64,000 nucleotides of DNA from Thermoanaerobaculia bacterium (GTDB lineage: Bacteria; Acidobacteriota; Thermoanaerobaculia; Gp7-AA8). Shown here piece by piece: positions 53,486 to 63,659 of this stretch. Below the pieces are notes generated by a model. The model was not told where the DNA came from. It worked only from the letters and a program-made list of their open reading frames with translations, and made no database searches. The stretch lies in NCBI GenBank assembly GCA_041671505.1, contig JBAZBK010000014.1, positions 20,395-84,394 of the forward strand. The letters are read 5' to 3'. Made by a program: the position numbers and the translations under genes. The stretch's first letter is position 1. The number at the start of each line of letters is the position of its first letter.

Positions 53486-55937
53486 CGTCGATCTCCTTCC
53501 AGACCGGAAGCCTGACGGTCGCCGTCGTCCCCTTCCCCGGCGCGCTCTCGAAGAGGAGCTGCCCGCCGTGATCGGTCACGATCCTGTGGGAGATCGGAAG
53601 CCCGAGCCCGGTGCCTCCCTCCGCTCGCTTGGTCGTGAAGAACGGGTCGAAGAGATGATTCATATGCTCGGGAGCGATGCCCGTACCCTGATCGCGCACC
53701 TCGATGACCACCTCGTCTCCATCCTGGCGCGTCGCGACGACGATCGTGCCGCGCGTTTCGGCGAGCGCATCGCACGCATTCTGGATGAGGTTGATCACCA
53801 CCTGCTCGAGTCGTCGCGGATTTCCAGCGACGGAAGGCAACCCGGGACCGAGCTCCGATCGGAAATTGTCGGTCGCCTTCCGGATCCTGCTCCCGAGCAG
53901 CCGCTGCGCCCCGCGAACGATGTCGTTGACGTCGATGCGCGTTTCACTGCCCGGCTCCGCGTCACGCGTGAATCCTTTGAGGTCGGAGACGATCGTGTTG
54001 ATTCGATCGGCACCGGCCAGAATGTCGGATGCGATCTCGTGCGCCTCGGCGCGCATCTCGCTCCACGGAAGCCCGCCCACCCGGAGCGCCGGATGCGTCT
54101 GGGCCCATGCGTCGACGATCGGCACGATCTCGTCCCACGCCTTCTGAATCAACGGAGCGTTGAGCATGATGAAGTGATTGGGATTGTTGATCTCGTGCGC
54201 AACGCCGGAGACGAGCGTGCCGAGGGAGATGAGCTTGTCGGCGCGGATGAGCTGCTCACGCTGCCGCTCGGCGGCCGCTTCCGCGATCTTCTGCTCGGTC
54301 ACGTCGGTCAGCACACCGTAGCCGGAGGCGATGTGGCCGTCCTCGTTCCGGCGGAAGAAGCTGCGCGCGAGCACCGTCCGAACCGTCCCGTCGGGTCGGA
54401 TGATACGGAACTCGGTCGACGTGCTCGCATCCGTCTCGATATCGACGTCGGTCCGCAGCTCGATGCGCTGGGCAACTTTCTGGATGTCGTCGGGATGAAT
54501 CCGGTCGAAGAAGGCGGAGTCGTCTCTCGTGCCGGCGCCCGAGGAGACGCCGTAGAGGACGTTCCAGTACTCGCGCGATCCGAAGATGAGCTTCTTCGCC
54601 GCGTCCCACTCCCAGCTGCCGACGTGCGCGATCGTCTCCGCCTGCTCGAGGATGCTGCGCTGCCGCTCGAGGTGCCGCTCCGCGGCGCGGCGGCGCGTCA
54701 CGTCGATGCCGGTCGACACGACGCGCCAGGGACCATCGTTGCTCGCGATCCGGGCCCACTCGACGATCAGGTCGATCTGGCGCCCTTCGACGTCGCGAAC
54801 CGTGACCTCGGCAGTCGCGACGCCCCCGGGGCTGAAGACCAGCGCACCCGCGCTCTCGGTCAGGTCTGCCGGATTCGCCACCGCCCAGACGTACGACATC
54901 GCCTTTCGGTAATCGGCGAGGCTGTCGACGCCGAACATCTCGAGCGCCTTCCTGTTCACGTCGAGCGTCCGGATTCGCGAGATCACTTCCATCATCATCG
55001 ACGGCGCGATCCCGATGCGCCGCCTCAACTCCTCCTGGTCGTGGACACCGCGCGAACGGAGGAACTCGACCATGCCGCTCCAGTCGCTCTCCCACGCCGC
55101 GATCGGGAGGTCGCGGAAGAGCCTGCGGAAGCGCTCCTCGCTCGCGGCAACGCTCGCCTGCGCGAGCTTCTCTTCCGTGATGTCGCGTCCCACCGACTGG
55201 AGAAGTCGGACTCGCCCCTCGTCGTCGAAGAAGGCGCGGTCGCTCCATTGCTGCCAGCGCAGCTCCCCCTCCGCGGTCCGTGCCTGGTGCTGGTTCGTCG
55301 CGATCGGGTTCGCCGGCGTGAGGGAGGCGATCTTCTGCCTAACCGTCTGGCGATCGGCCTCGTCGAGGATCAGCGGGAAGAACGACGTGCCGAGGAGCTC
55401 CGCGGCAGGGCGGCCGACATAACGCGCGTAGGCTTCGTTGACGAAGGTGCGCGTCCCGTCCGGAAGCCAGCGGACGATGTACTCTCCCTGGTCCTCGACG
55501 ATGGTGCGGTAACGCAGCTCGCTCTCGCGCAGGGCGCGTTCCGCCTCGAGGATCGGGCCGACATCCTCGATGAGCTCGACCGCGCAGACCAGTTCGCGGC
55601 TCCGCGACCGCACGGTCGATCCTGTGACGCGGGTCGAGACGACGCCGCCGTCCGCGGCGCGATAGTGGCGGCTGACGCGGTAACTCTCGCGCTCGCCCTG
55701 AACCAGCTGCTCGAACAGCGCGCCGACTTCCGCTTTGTCCGCGGCATCGACGAAGTCGAGCATGGCGCGTGTGAGCACCCGCGACGGATCGGCGTCGAGA
55801 ATCCGGCAGAAGGCGCCATTCGCCTCGAGGATCATCCCGCGCAGATCGAGCAGCACGAAGCCGATCTCCGCATTGCGAAAGATTTCGTGGAGGATCTCCT
55901 CGCTCCACTCGAGCGGAGTCGAATCGCCGGCAGCCAT
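53478..55937 (-). CDS. Multi-PAS sensor histidine kinase (cytoplasmic)
   Basis: Three or four PAS/PAC-like modules. H-box (VAHEINNP). HATPase_c with N, G1 (DQGTGI) and G2 (GGTGLGLPIS). No TM segments. Confidence 0.85.
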   Translation of the reverse strand: MAAGDSTPLEWSEEILHEIFRNAEIGFVLLDLRGMILEANGAFCRILDADPSRVLTRAMLDFVDAADKAEVGALFEQLVQGERESYRVSRHYRAADGGVVSTRVTGSTVRSRSRELVCAVELIEDVGPILEAERALRESELRYRTIVEDQGEYIVRWLPDGTRTFVNEAYARYVGRPAAELLGTSFFPLILDEADRQTVRQKIASLTPANPIATNQHQARTAEGELRWQQWSDRAFFDDEGRVRLLQSVGRDITEEKLAQASVAASEERFRRLFRDLPIAAWESDWSGMVEFLRSRGVHDQEELRRRIGIAPSMMMEVISRIRTLDVNRKALEMFGVDSLADYRKAMSYVWAVANPADLTESAGALVFSPGGVATAEVTVRDVEGRQIDLIVEWARIASNDGPWRVVSTGIDVTRRRAAERHLERQRSILEQAETIAHVGSWEWDAAKKLIFGSREYWNVLYGVSSGAGTRDDSAFFDRIHPDDIQKVAQRIELRTDVDIETDASTSTEFRIIRPDGTVRTVLARSFFRRNEDGHIASGYGVLTDVTEQKIAEAAAERQREQLIRADKLISLGTLVSGVAHEINNPNHFIMLNAPLIQKAWDEIVPIVDAWAQTHPALRVGGLPWSEMRAEAHEIASDILAGADRINTIVSDLKGFTRDAEPGSETRIDVNDIVRGAQRLLGSRIRKATDNFRSELGPGLPSVAGNPRRLEQVVINLIQNACDALAETRGTIVVATRQDGDEVVIEVRDQGTGIAPEHMNHLFDPFFTTKRAEGGTGLGLPISHRIVTDHGGQLLFESAPGKGTTATVRLPVWKEIDVG

Positions 55938-56043
55938 CGGGAGCCACCATTTTAGTGGCGCCGGGGCCGTAATTGCGCACGGCGAGTCAGAAAGGCGACG
56001 CTCGCGACCTGGAATTCACACGACTGGCAGCGCACTCACGCCG

Positions 56044-57090
56044 TCAGACCGGCGGAAGCGCCCCGGCGATCCGGGAGAGCGGCAGCACCTTCGTCGCGGC
56101 GCCGCGCCGGACCGCCTCGCGAGGCATCCCGTAAACGACGCTCGATTCCTCGTCCTGCGCGATCGTCAACGCTCCCCGCCCCTTCATCGCCAGCAGCCCG
56201 TCCGCACCGTCGCTGCCCATTCCCGTGAGCAGGACGCCGACCGCGCGCGCGCCTGCCGCCGCGGCGACCGAGCGGAACATCACGTCGACGCTCGGCCGGT
56301 GACGCGACACGAGAGGCCCGCCGCTCACGCTCACCTGGAACCCCGCGCCATCGAGCGATCGCTCCACCGTCATGTGCATGTCTCCCGGTGCGATGAGGAC
56401 GCGTCCGCGCTCGACACGGTCGCCGCTCGCGGCTTCGCCGACGCTCACGGCGCAATGCCGGTCGAGCGACTTCGCGAACTCGCGCGTGAAGAGACGTGGC
56501 ATGTGCTGCACCACCACGACTCCGGGCGCGTCGGCATCAAGCTGTTCGAGCAGGAGGTGGAGCGCCTCGGGGCCTCCGGTCGACGCGCCGATCGCGATGA
56601 CGAGCTCCGACGCCGTTCGTGCCGCCGCTCTCGCGGGACGAGGTCGCGGCACCGCGGCCGCCGATGCCGCCGCGTGCGGACGTCGCCGCGCGACGGCGGC
56701 GCCGCGGATCGAGTCGGTTAGGCGGATGACCGACTCCTGCAGGAACTCGCGCACGGCCACGCGCGGCTTCTCGACGATGTCGACCGCGCCGAGCTCGAGC
56801 GCGCGCATCGCCATCTCCGTTCCCCGGCCCGCGACCGCCGAGCAGACGATGACCGGAACGGGATCGTCCGCCATCACCTTCTCGAGAAACGTCAGCCCGT
56901 CCATCCTCGGCATCTCGAGATCGAGAAGGATCACGTCGGGGCGCGCCTGGCGCATCTTCTCGGCCGCGATGATCGGGTCTGCGGCGGTCGTCACCGCGAT
57001 CCCTTCTGCTTCGAGGATCGCGAGCATCGTCTGCCGTACGACCGCCGAGTCGTCGACCACGAGGACGCGGAGCGAGAGCGACTCGCTCAT
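56044..57090 (-). CDS. cheB: Chemotaxis protein-glutamate methylesterase/deamidase CheB
   Basis: Receiver (RVLVVDDSAVVRQ...D). C-terminal CheB methylesterase with catalytic S/H/D region (IAIGASTGGPEAL). Confidence 0.9.
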   Translation of the reverse strand: MSESLSLRVLVVDDSAVVRQTMLAILEAEGIAVTTAADPIIAAEKMRQARPDVILLDLEMPRMDGLTFLEKVMADDPVPVIVCSAVAGRGTEMAMRALELGAVDIVEKPRVAVREFLQESVIRLTDSIRGAAVARRRPHAAASAAAVPRPRPARAAARTASELVIAIGASTGGPEALHLLLEQLDADAPGVVVVQHMPRLFTREFAKSLDRHCAVSVGEAASGDRVERGRVLIAPGDMHMTVERSLDGAGFQVSVSGGPLVSRHRPSVDVMFRSVAAAAGARAVGVLLTGMGSDGADGLLAMKGRGALTIAQDEESSVVYGMPREAVRRGAATKVLPLSRIAGALPPV

Positions 57091-57947
57091 GCCCGTTTCA
57101 CCCAGATCGTCGGCCGCGCGCTCTCGACGCGCCCGCTGACGCCGTGCAGCGTCTCCGCGTGCCCGACGAGCAGATAGCCGCCGCGCTCGCAGCGGTCGAT
57201 GAGACCGTCGACGACGCCGCGCCGCGTCTCTCCGTCGAAGTACATCATCACGTTGCGGCAGAGGACGAGCTCGAACGGCCCGCCGGCGGTGTCGATCTCG
57301 TCGATCAGATTCAGGCGGCGGAAGGTGATCATCCGCTTCAGGTCGTCGCTCGCGGCGAACGTTCCCTCGCGCTTGCCGATGCCGCGAAGCATGTATCTCC
57401 GGAGAAACGCGGGAGGGATGTCGCCGGCGCGCGCGATCGGCCAGATGCCGGAGCGCGCGCGGTCGAGGACCCGCGTCGAGATGTCCGACGCGAGAATCTC
57501 GATCCGGAACCCCTCCATCTGCGCGGCGAGGAGCATCGCGACCGAGTACGGCTCCTCACCCGACGAGCAGGCCGCGCTCCAGACCCGGATCACCCGCTCG
57601 CGTTTTCCCTCGTCGGCTTCGCGCTTCCAGCGGGGAATCGCGACCTGCTCGAGAAACTCGAACTGCGTCGGCTCGCGAAAGAAGCTCGTCTCGTTCGTCG
57701 TGACGAGATCGAGCATGCGAACCCTCTCGTCCCCGTCACGCTTCACGAGTGAGAGATAGTCGCCGTAGGTGGCGCTCTTCGTTTCGCGCAGCCTTTTCGA
57801 GAGCCTGCCGACAAGCAGGGCGCGCTTGGTCTCGTTGAGCCGGATTCCGGTCTCCTGCATCACGAAATCGCGGAAGCGCGCGAGCTCGGAATCGCTCATC
57901 GCCCCTTCCACGCCACGCGCGAACCGCTCGATGATCTCGATGCTCAT
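57087..57947 (-). CDS. cheR: Chemotaxis protein methyltransferase CheR
   Basis: Start at Met MSIEIIERF (ATG 57945-57947); the upstream part of the track ORF is Arg-rich junk. CheR N-terminal helical domain plus SAM-binding motif (IRVWSAACSSGEEPYS). Confidence 0.85.
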   Translation of the reverse strand: MSIEIIERFARGVEGAMSDSELARFRDFVMQETGIRLNETKRALLVGRLSKRLRETKSATYGDYLSLVKRDGDERVRMLDLVTTNETSFFREPTQFEFLEQVAIPRWKREADEGKRERVIRVWSAACSSGEEPYSVAMLLAAQMEGFRIEILASDISTRVLDRARSGIWPIARAGDIPPAFLRRYMLRGIGKREGTFAASDDLKRMITFRRLNLIDEIDTAGGPFELVLCRNVMMYFDGETRRGVVDGLIDRCERGGYLLVGHAETLHGVSGRVESARPTIWVKRA

Positions 57948-58327
57948 CGCCTCACCTCCAGCATCGCGGCGGGATCGACGATCGCAACGTCTCCGCCGCG
58001 TCCCACCACCCACGACCGCCGCTCTTCGTCGTCGGGCTTCGACACTTCGAGCGTCGTCGTCGACTCGACGACGTCGACGACCATCGCGAGCGGTGCTCCC
58101 TCGCTCCCGCTCACGACGATCGTCGCGCCACGCGCTGCCGGGCAGGTGCCCGACAGCGCGCGGAAATCGACGACCGGCAGCAGAGTTCCACGATGATCGA
58201 TCACGCCGGGCAGAAACGGCGGCAGCTCCGGGAGAGCGACCACCGCCGCGTCGTCGAGAATCTCCAGCACGCTGGAGACGTCGACGGCCCAACGCGACGA
58301 GCCTGTCCGAAAGAGAAGTGCTTCCAT
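57944..58327 (-). CDS. cheW: CheW-like chemotaxis coupling protein
   Basis: 127-aa single CheW domain (WAVDVSSVLEI...LLPVVDFRAL). Translationally coupled to cheR. Confidence 0.8.
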   Translation of the reverse strand: MEALLFRTGSSRWAVDVSSVLEILDDAAVVALPELPPFLPGVIDHRGTLLPVVDFRALSGTCPAARGATIVVSGSEGAPLAMVVDVVESTTTLEVSKPDDEERRSWVVGRGGDVAIVDPAAMLEVRR

Positions 58328-58335
58328 CGTCGTCC

Positions 58336-59859
58336 TCAGAAGCGCTCGTACTCGACCGACTCGACCGGAGTGAGCGGCATCGGCATCTCGGAGGCGACGG
58401 TTCGCGGCGAGAACGCCGGAGTCCGCACGCCCGCGCTCGCCGCGACATTGTGAAGCGGCCTGCGGGCGTTCTGGCCCCTGCCGCCGCCGTGGCTCATGAA
58501 GTAACGCATCGACTCCTTGAGCGACTCCGCCTGCGCCGAGAGCTCCTCGGCCGTGCTCGCGAGCTCTTCGGCCGCCGCGGAGTTGCGCTGCGTGACCTCG
58601 CTGACGAGCGACATCGCGCGGTTCATCTGTCCGACGCCGGTTGCCTGCTCGGCCGAGGCCGCGGTCACTTCCTGGACGAGGTCCGACGTCTGCCGGATCG
58701 TCGGCTGGAGATCGGTGAGAAGCTGCCCCGAGGTCTCCGCGATGCCGACGCTCGACGCCGCGAGGGCGCTGATCTCGGCCGACGACGACTGGCTCCGCTC
58801 GGCGAGCTTGCGCACCTCGGTCGCGACGACCGCGAAGCCGCGGCCATGCTCGCCGGCGCGCGCCGCCTCGATCGCGGCGTTGAGCGCGAGGAGATTCGTC
58901 TGGTAGGCGATCTCCTCGACGATCCTGATCTTCCCGGCGATCTGCTTCATCGCCACGACGGTCTCCTTGACCGAGCCGCTCGCGGTTTCCGTGTCGCGCG
59001 AGGCGTTCGCCGCCATCGATTCCATCTGGCGGCTGTTGCCGGCGTTCTGCGAGATCGACGCGGCCATCTCCTCGAGACTCGCCGACGTCTCCTCGACGCT
59101 CGCGGCCTGCTCGCTCGTTCCCTGCGAGAGCGACTGCGACGTGGAGGCAACCTGCGCGGCGGCGGAGGCGATACCGTCCGCGGTCTCGACGACGCTGTAG
59201 ATCCGCATCGAGATCCCGCGCGTGATCAGCCAGGCGACGAGCACGCCGATGACGAACGCGAGCGCGACGAGCGTCGCCATGACGGTGAGCGTGCGCGACT
59301 TGAGCGCCACGATCGACTCGGTGCCCTTCGCCATGCGCTCCTTGTTGAGGAGCGAGAACTGCTCGGCTTCGTCCTCGAGGGCGCGGATCGCGTCCTTGAC
59401 GCCGCCGATCTCGTGATTTGCGTCCTGCGTCGTCTTGATCGTGCCCGCTTCGATTCCGGCCATCACCTGGTCGAATCCGCTCGTGTAGGCCTCGAGCCCG
59501 TTCTGCATCGCGGTGACCGTCTCCGTGTCACCGGTGCGCTGCGCGATCGGACTGATCGCCTTGAAGTCAGCGACCAGCTCCTCGCGCTCCTTCTTCCACT
59601 TCGCGACGTACGACGCCCGCTTCTCGGCGTCGTCCATGTTGATGAAGGAATCCTTCTCGAAACGGCGCAGTCCGAGGACGTGGGCGCGAATGTTCTCGGC
59701 GCCGCCGGAGAGCGTGGCTTCCGTATTCATGATGCCGAGCGTCGAGCCGACGATCCGGTCGAAGCCCCAGTAACCGGTGCCGGCTACCGCGAGCATCATG
59801 ATGAGTACTGCGCCGAAGCCGAGGCTGAGGCGAACTCCAATGGACATTTCTTTCTTCAT
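58336..59859 (-). CDS. Methyl-accepting chemotaxis protein
   Basis: N-terminal TM, periplasmic sensor, second TM, HAMP and a highly conserved MCP signalling domain (..[41 protein letters not shown]..). Confidence 0.85.
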   Translation of the reverse strand: MKKEMSIGVRLSLGFGAVLIMMLAVAGTGYWGFDRIVGSTLGIMNTEATLSGGAENIRAHVLGLRRFEKDSFINMDDAEKRASYVAKWKKEREELVADFKAISPIAQRTGDTETVTAMQNGLEAYTSGFDQVMAGIEAGTIKTTQDANHEIGGVKDAIRALEDEAEQFSLLNKERMAKGTESIVALKSRTLTVMATLVALAFVIGVLVAWLITRGISMRIYSVVETADGIASAAAQVASTSQSLSQGTSEQAASVEETSASLEEMAASISQNAGNSRQMESMAANASRDTETASGSVKETVVAMKQIAGKIRIVEEIAYQTNLLALNAAIEAARAGEHGRGFAVVATEVRKLAERSQSSSAEISALAASSVGIAETSGQLLTDLQPTIRQTSDLVQEVTAASAEQATGVGQMNRAMSLVSEVTQRNSAAAEELASTAEELSAQAESLKESMRYFMSHGGGRGQNARRPLHNVAASAGVRTPAFSPRTVASEMPMPLTPVESVEYERF

Positions 59860-59869
59860 GACAGGCCTT

Positions 59870-60385
59870 TCAAGAGTTTTCTGATGTGTTGGTTTCGTTC
59901 GTTTGCACCGCTGCGCTCACTTCCATCAGATCGGCGGCGGAGAGAAAGCGGTCGGCCGCGAGGACGATCGTCAGACCGCGGTCGGTGCGAAGCAGCCCGG
60001 CGAGGTAGTCGAGCCGGATGCTCGTACCGAAGCTCGGCGCAGCCTCGAGGCCCGGCGCCTCGACGACGTCGTGCACCTCGTCGACGAGCAGACCGACGGA
60101 GATCGTCCCGCGCTCCTGGCGGGCCGCGACGATCACGATGCAGCTCCTGCGCGATGCGGGCGCCGGCGATCCCGTGAGCTTCGCGTGGAGGTCGACGACC
60201 GGCACGATCGTCCCTGCGTGGTTGAAGACGCCGCAGACGAGGCTCGAGCTCCCGGGGACGCGATTCATCTCGCGGCTCTCGAGAATCTCGATGACGTCGC
60301 CGATCGGCAGCCCGTAATGACTCGAGGAGACGCCGAAGGTCAGGTAATTGCCGGCGGCCGCCGGCGTCTGCATGGTTGCGCTCAT
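59870..60385 (-). CDS. cheW: CheW-like chemotaxis coupling protein (second copy)
   Basis: Start at Met MSATMQTP (ATG 60383-60385). Single CheW domain ([21 protein letters not shown]...[10 protein letters not shown]). Confidence 0.8.
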   Translation of the reverse strand: MSATMQTPAAAGNYLTFGVSSSHYGLPIGDVIEILESREMNRVPGSSSLVCGVFNHAGTIVPVVDLHAKLTGSPAPASRRSCIVIVAARQERGTISVGLLVDEVHDVVEAPGLEAAPSFGTSIRLDYLAGLLRTDRGLTIVLAADRFLSAADLMEVSAAVQTNETNTSENS

Positions 60386-62001
60386 CACGCGACCTCCTTG
60401 AGGTGATGCTGAAGAAGACGGGGAACGTCGAGCACGAAGGCGACGGAGCCGTCGCCGAGCACCGTGGCCCCGCCGATGCCGGCGTGGCGCGGCAGCGAGC
60501 CGTCGAGCGGCTTGAGCACGGCCTGGACGCGACCTAACAACTCGTCGAGCACGATGCCCGCCTGCACGTCGCCGTGACGCACGAGCACCAGGCTGCGCCG
60601 GGAGTGGCCGCCGTCCGACGGCACGCCAAACGACGACGAGAGACGCAGGAACGGCACGGCGCGCCCGCGCACGTCGGTAAGCCCGGAAGCGGCCTCCCCG
60701 ATCGCCGCGGCGTCGACGTCGATGCACTCGGTGACGTAGTCGAGCGGAAGCACGAATGTCTCCTCGCCGGCCCGCACCGCGAGAGAATCGATGATTGCAA
60801 TCGTGAGCGGCAGCCGGAACACGATCGACGTTCCCTTCCCCGCTTCGCTCCGGAGCGCGACACTGCCGCGGAGCTCGGTGATCTTCCGGTGGACGACATC
60901 CATGCCGACGCCCCGGCCCGAGACCTCCGTCACCCGCTCGGCGGTGGAGAAGCCGGGCGAGAAGACGAGCCGGTTCATGTCGGCGTCCGAAATGGAGCTC
61001 GCGGCACGATCGACGAGCCCGAGCTCGATGCCCCGCGCGAGAATCCGCGCCCGGTCGAGCCCCCTGCCGTCGTCCGAAACTTCGACCGCGATCATCCCGG
61101 CGTCGTGCCAGGCGCGAAGCGTGAGCGTGCCGCTCATCGGCTTGCCCGACTCCATCCGCTGCTGCGGCGGCTCGATCCCGTGGTCGACCGCGTTGCGCAC
61201 GACGTGAAGCAGCACGTCACGCAGCTGTTCGGCGATCGAGGTGTCGATGTCGACCTCCTCGCCGCTGATCTGAAGCTGCACGAGCTTCCCCTGCGCTCGC
61301 GCCACGTCGCGCACCTGGCGCGCGCAACGCCGGAAGACCGGCTCGAGCGTCACCATCCGCAGCCGGAGCACGTGCGACTGGAGCTCGTCGGCGAGCCGAT
61401 CGAGATGCTCCTGAACGTCGAGGAGCGCCTGCGGAGTGTTCTGGAGCGCTTCGATCAGCGTGCGAAGGCGGCCTCGAGCGATCGCGATCTCGCCCGTCGC
61501 ATTGACGATCGCGTCGAGCCGCACCGCGGGAACGCGAAGCGTCGCCGCCTGCTGGTCCACGTCGAGATGATCGATCTGCGCGACCGGCGTCTCGTCACAG
61601 CTTCCCGTCTCGATCGCCTGTGCGAGACCCGCCATCAGCGACGGCTCGCGCACGGCGTCGTGATCGCCGCCGATTGCCGCTCCCACCGTCTGGCGCAGGT
61701 GATCGACCGAGCGGAGCAGGAGACTGATGACCGCGGGCGTCGCGACGAACTGCCCGAGGCGAAGACGGTCGAGCAACTCCTCGATCCGGTGCGCAAACTC
61801 CACCACCGTGTCGACGCCGACCGTCGCCGCGCCCCCCTTGAGCGTGTGCGCCGCGCGGAAAATCGTGTGCAGAAGCTCCGGGTCGCGAGGCGATGCCTCG
61901 AGACGCAGAAGGGCCGTCTCCATCTCTCCCAGGTTCTCTTCGGTCTCGCTTCGGAAAGCGTCGAGAAGCGCCTCGAGATCGAATCCGTCGTCAGGCGTCA
62001 T
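60385..62001 (-). CDS. cheA: Chemotaxis histidine kinase CheA
   Basis: HPt P1 domain (HTLKGGAATVG), dimerisation and HATPase_c (DDGRGLD, GRGVGMDVV) domains, C-terminal CheW-like domain. 538 aa. Confidence 0.9.
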   Translation of the reverse strand: MTPDDGFDLEALLDAFRSETEENLGEMETALLRLEASPRDPELLHTIFRAAHTLKGGAATVGVDTVVEFAHRIEELLDRLRLGQFVATPAVISLLLRSVDHLRQTVGAAIGGDHDAVREPSLMAGLAQAIETGSCDETPVAQIDHLDVDQQAATLRVPAVRLDAIVNATGEIAIARGRLRTLIEALQNTPQALLDVQEHLDRLADELQSHVLRLRMVTLEPVFRRCARQVRDVARAQGKLVQLQISGEEVDIDTSIAEQLRDVLLHVVRNAVDHGIEPPQQRMESGKPMSGTLTLRAWHDAGMIAVEVSDDGRGLDRARILARGIELGLVDRAASSISDADMNRLVFSPGFSTAERVTEVSGRGVGMDVVHRKITELRGSVALRSEAGKGTSIVFRLPLTIAIIDSLAVRAGEETFVLPLDYVTECIDVDAAAIGEAASGLTDVRGRAVPFLRLSSSFGVPSDGGHSRRSLVLVRHGDVQAGIVLDELLGRVQAVLKPLDGSLPRHAGIGGATVLGDGSVAFVLDVPRLLQHHLKEVA

Positions 62002-62513
62002 CCGATCCTCCTGACCGACGCCTCACCGGTGTCGGTGCGAAACACGACGCGCCGTCCATGGTTGCCGCGCACGCTGTGCTCGACGACCACGATTTTCATT
62101 TCTTCGAGGATCTCGAACGCGGCCGCCGCGTTGCGCAGCCCGAGATCGTTCGACCCAGTGACTCCGGCGAGCATCGTTCCGCCGCCGAAGACTCTCGCTT
62201 CGAACCGGCTCCGCGAGCCTCCCGCCGCTTCGACCCGCTCGACGAGCTCGCGCGTGGCGAACGTCGCGTAGCGCGGTGTGCTGCCGGGACCCGACACCTC
62301 GAACGGGAGCATGAAGTGATTCATCCCTCCCACCTGCGCCGCCGCGTCCCAGACGCAGATCGCGACGCACGAGCCGAGAACCGTCGTGATCTCGGTCGGG
62401 TATGACGAGGCATGAAGCTGTCCGGCGTGAAGGTAGAGCGTCTGAAGTCCGCTCCCCGAAGGCTGCGGACGCTCGCGCTGGAGGTTCGATGCCGCGAGTA
62501 GGGCGTCGATCGA
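61998..62513 (-). CDS. cheD: Chemoreceptor glutamine deamidase CheD
   Basis: Start at Met MSSIDALL (ATG 62511-62513). Conserved CheD core (..TVLGSCVAICVWD...GGMNHFMLP..). ~171 aa. Confidence 0.8.
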   Translation of the reverse strand, partial: SIDALLAASNLQRERPQPSGSGLQTLYLHAGQLHASSYPTEITTVLGSCVAICVWDAAAQVGGMNHFMLPFEVSGPGSTPRYATFATRELVERVEAAGGSRSRFEARVFGGGTMLAGVTGSNDLGLRNAAAAFEILEEMKIVVVEHSVRGNHGRRVVFRTDTGEASVRRIG

Positions 62514-62515
62514 GC

Positions 62516-63241
62516 TCATGCCACGGCTCCTGAGGAGGTGCTGCTGCGCTCGCGCATGGCAGAGCAGAAGAGGGCAGTCGACGCGTGCGACGCGAGAAGC
62601 TCGAAGAGCTCGCGATCGAGCGCCTCGAAACTGGTCTTGTGCGGCAGGAGGCCGCGGATAGCGATCGCTCCGATCACGTCGCCGTCGAGCGTGAGCGGGA
62701 TGCATGCCGGCACCGGATCGCTCGCCGGCTCGTCCGCGACGTGAATCGCGCCGGTCGTGAACGCCCGCACCACGTCGGTATCGTCGGCGGCGACCGCATG
62801 GCCCAGCGCGCCGACCGACGCGATCCGCTCGATCGCTCCCGACTCGAGGTCGCGCTCGAGAATCGCGAACTCTTCCGAGCCGACGAGATTCACGACGATC
62901 TCCTGGATCGCGTCGAGCACCGTTCCCCGATGCAGAGTTCCGTGAAGCTGATAGGTCGCGACGTAGAGATTCGCGAGGTTCGTGTTGTGCTGCTCGAGCT
63001 GGCTGAACTGCGCGAGAAACGCCTCGCTCTCGACTCGAACTTCCGCGAGCTTCTGAGCGAGCATTGCCTCGCGCTTCTCGCGCGCGTTCAATTCCGACTC
63101 GAGGAACGAGCGCTCCCCTTCGAGGCGCGCCATCGCCGTCGTGAGCGTCTCGATCTCCGTGAGGAGGCGCTTGACGTAGGCGGAGGTCTGTTCGCGCACC
63201 TGGTCGATGTAGCTGCCGGGCCGGCCGTCGTTCTGGTTCAT
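62516..63241 (-). CDS. GAF-domain protein with N-terminal coiled-coil, embedded in the chemotaxis operon
   Basis: N-terminal ~100 aa heptad-rich (LEGERSFLESELNAREKREAMLAQKLAEVR). C-terminal GAF-like fold (..EFAILERDLESGAIERIASVG...IPLTLDGDVIGAIAI..). Confidence 0.6.
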   Translation of the reverse strand: MNQNDGRPGSYIDQVREQTSAYVKRLLTEIETLTTAMARLEGERSFLESELNAREKREAMLAQKLAEVRVESEAFLAQFSQLEQHNTNLANLYVATYQLHGTLHRGTVLDAIQEIVVNLVGSEEFAILERDLESGAIERIASVGALGHAVAADDTDVVRAFTTGAIHVADEPASDPVPACIPLTLDGDVIGAIAIRGLLPHKTSFEALDRELFELLASHASTALFCSAMRERSSTSSGAVA

Positions 63242-63251
63242 CGCGGCCTCC

Positions 63252-63659
63252 TTACTCGCCCACCAGGCTGCGCAGCTTCGCGACGAGCTCGGTTCCGTTC
63301 ACCGGCTTGGTGACGTAGTCGTTGCAACCGCTGGAGAAGCCTTCCTCGACGTTCTCCATCTCGCTGCGGGTCGTGACCATGATGATCGGGGTCAGAGCGA
63401 GGTGCTCGACCTCCCGGATCCTGCGAACGGCCTCGAATCCGTTCATCTTCGGCATGACGACGTCCATCAGGATCGCGTCGGGACGATCGCTCGCCGCTTT
63501 CTGCCACGCCTCTTCGCCGTTCGAGGCGGTGATGATCTCGTACTGCGCCTTGGCGAGAATCATCTTCTCCATCATGAGCACCGTGCTCGAGTCGTCGACT
63601 ACCAGGATTCTCTTTCGCTTCACAATGACCTCCTCGTCATCTCGTCTGTTCGTTGGCAT
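63252..63659 (-). CDS. cheY: CheY-like single-domain response regulator
   Basis: Start at Met MPTNRRDDE (ATG 63657-63659). Receiver with DD...D57-like (ILMDVVMP) and conserved T/K positions. 135 aa. Confidence 0.8.
   Translation of the reverse strand: MPTNRRDDEEVIVKRKRILVVDDSSTVLMMEKMILAKAQYEIITASNGEEAWQKAASDRPDAILMDVVMPKMNGFEAVRRIREVEHLALTPIIMVTTRSEMENVEEGFSSGCNDYVTKPVNGTELVAKLRSLVGE

Noticed and set aside
55938-56043. Sigma-54 promoter for the HK/RR operon in the 106-bp gap after cheB.
   Set aside because: No convincing TGGCAC-N5-TTGCW match on the relevant strand by eye. Left uncalled.
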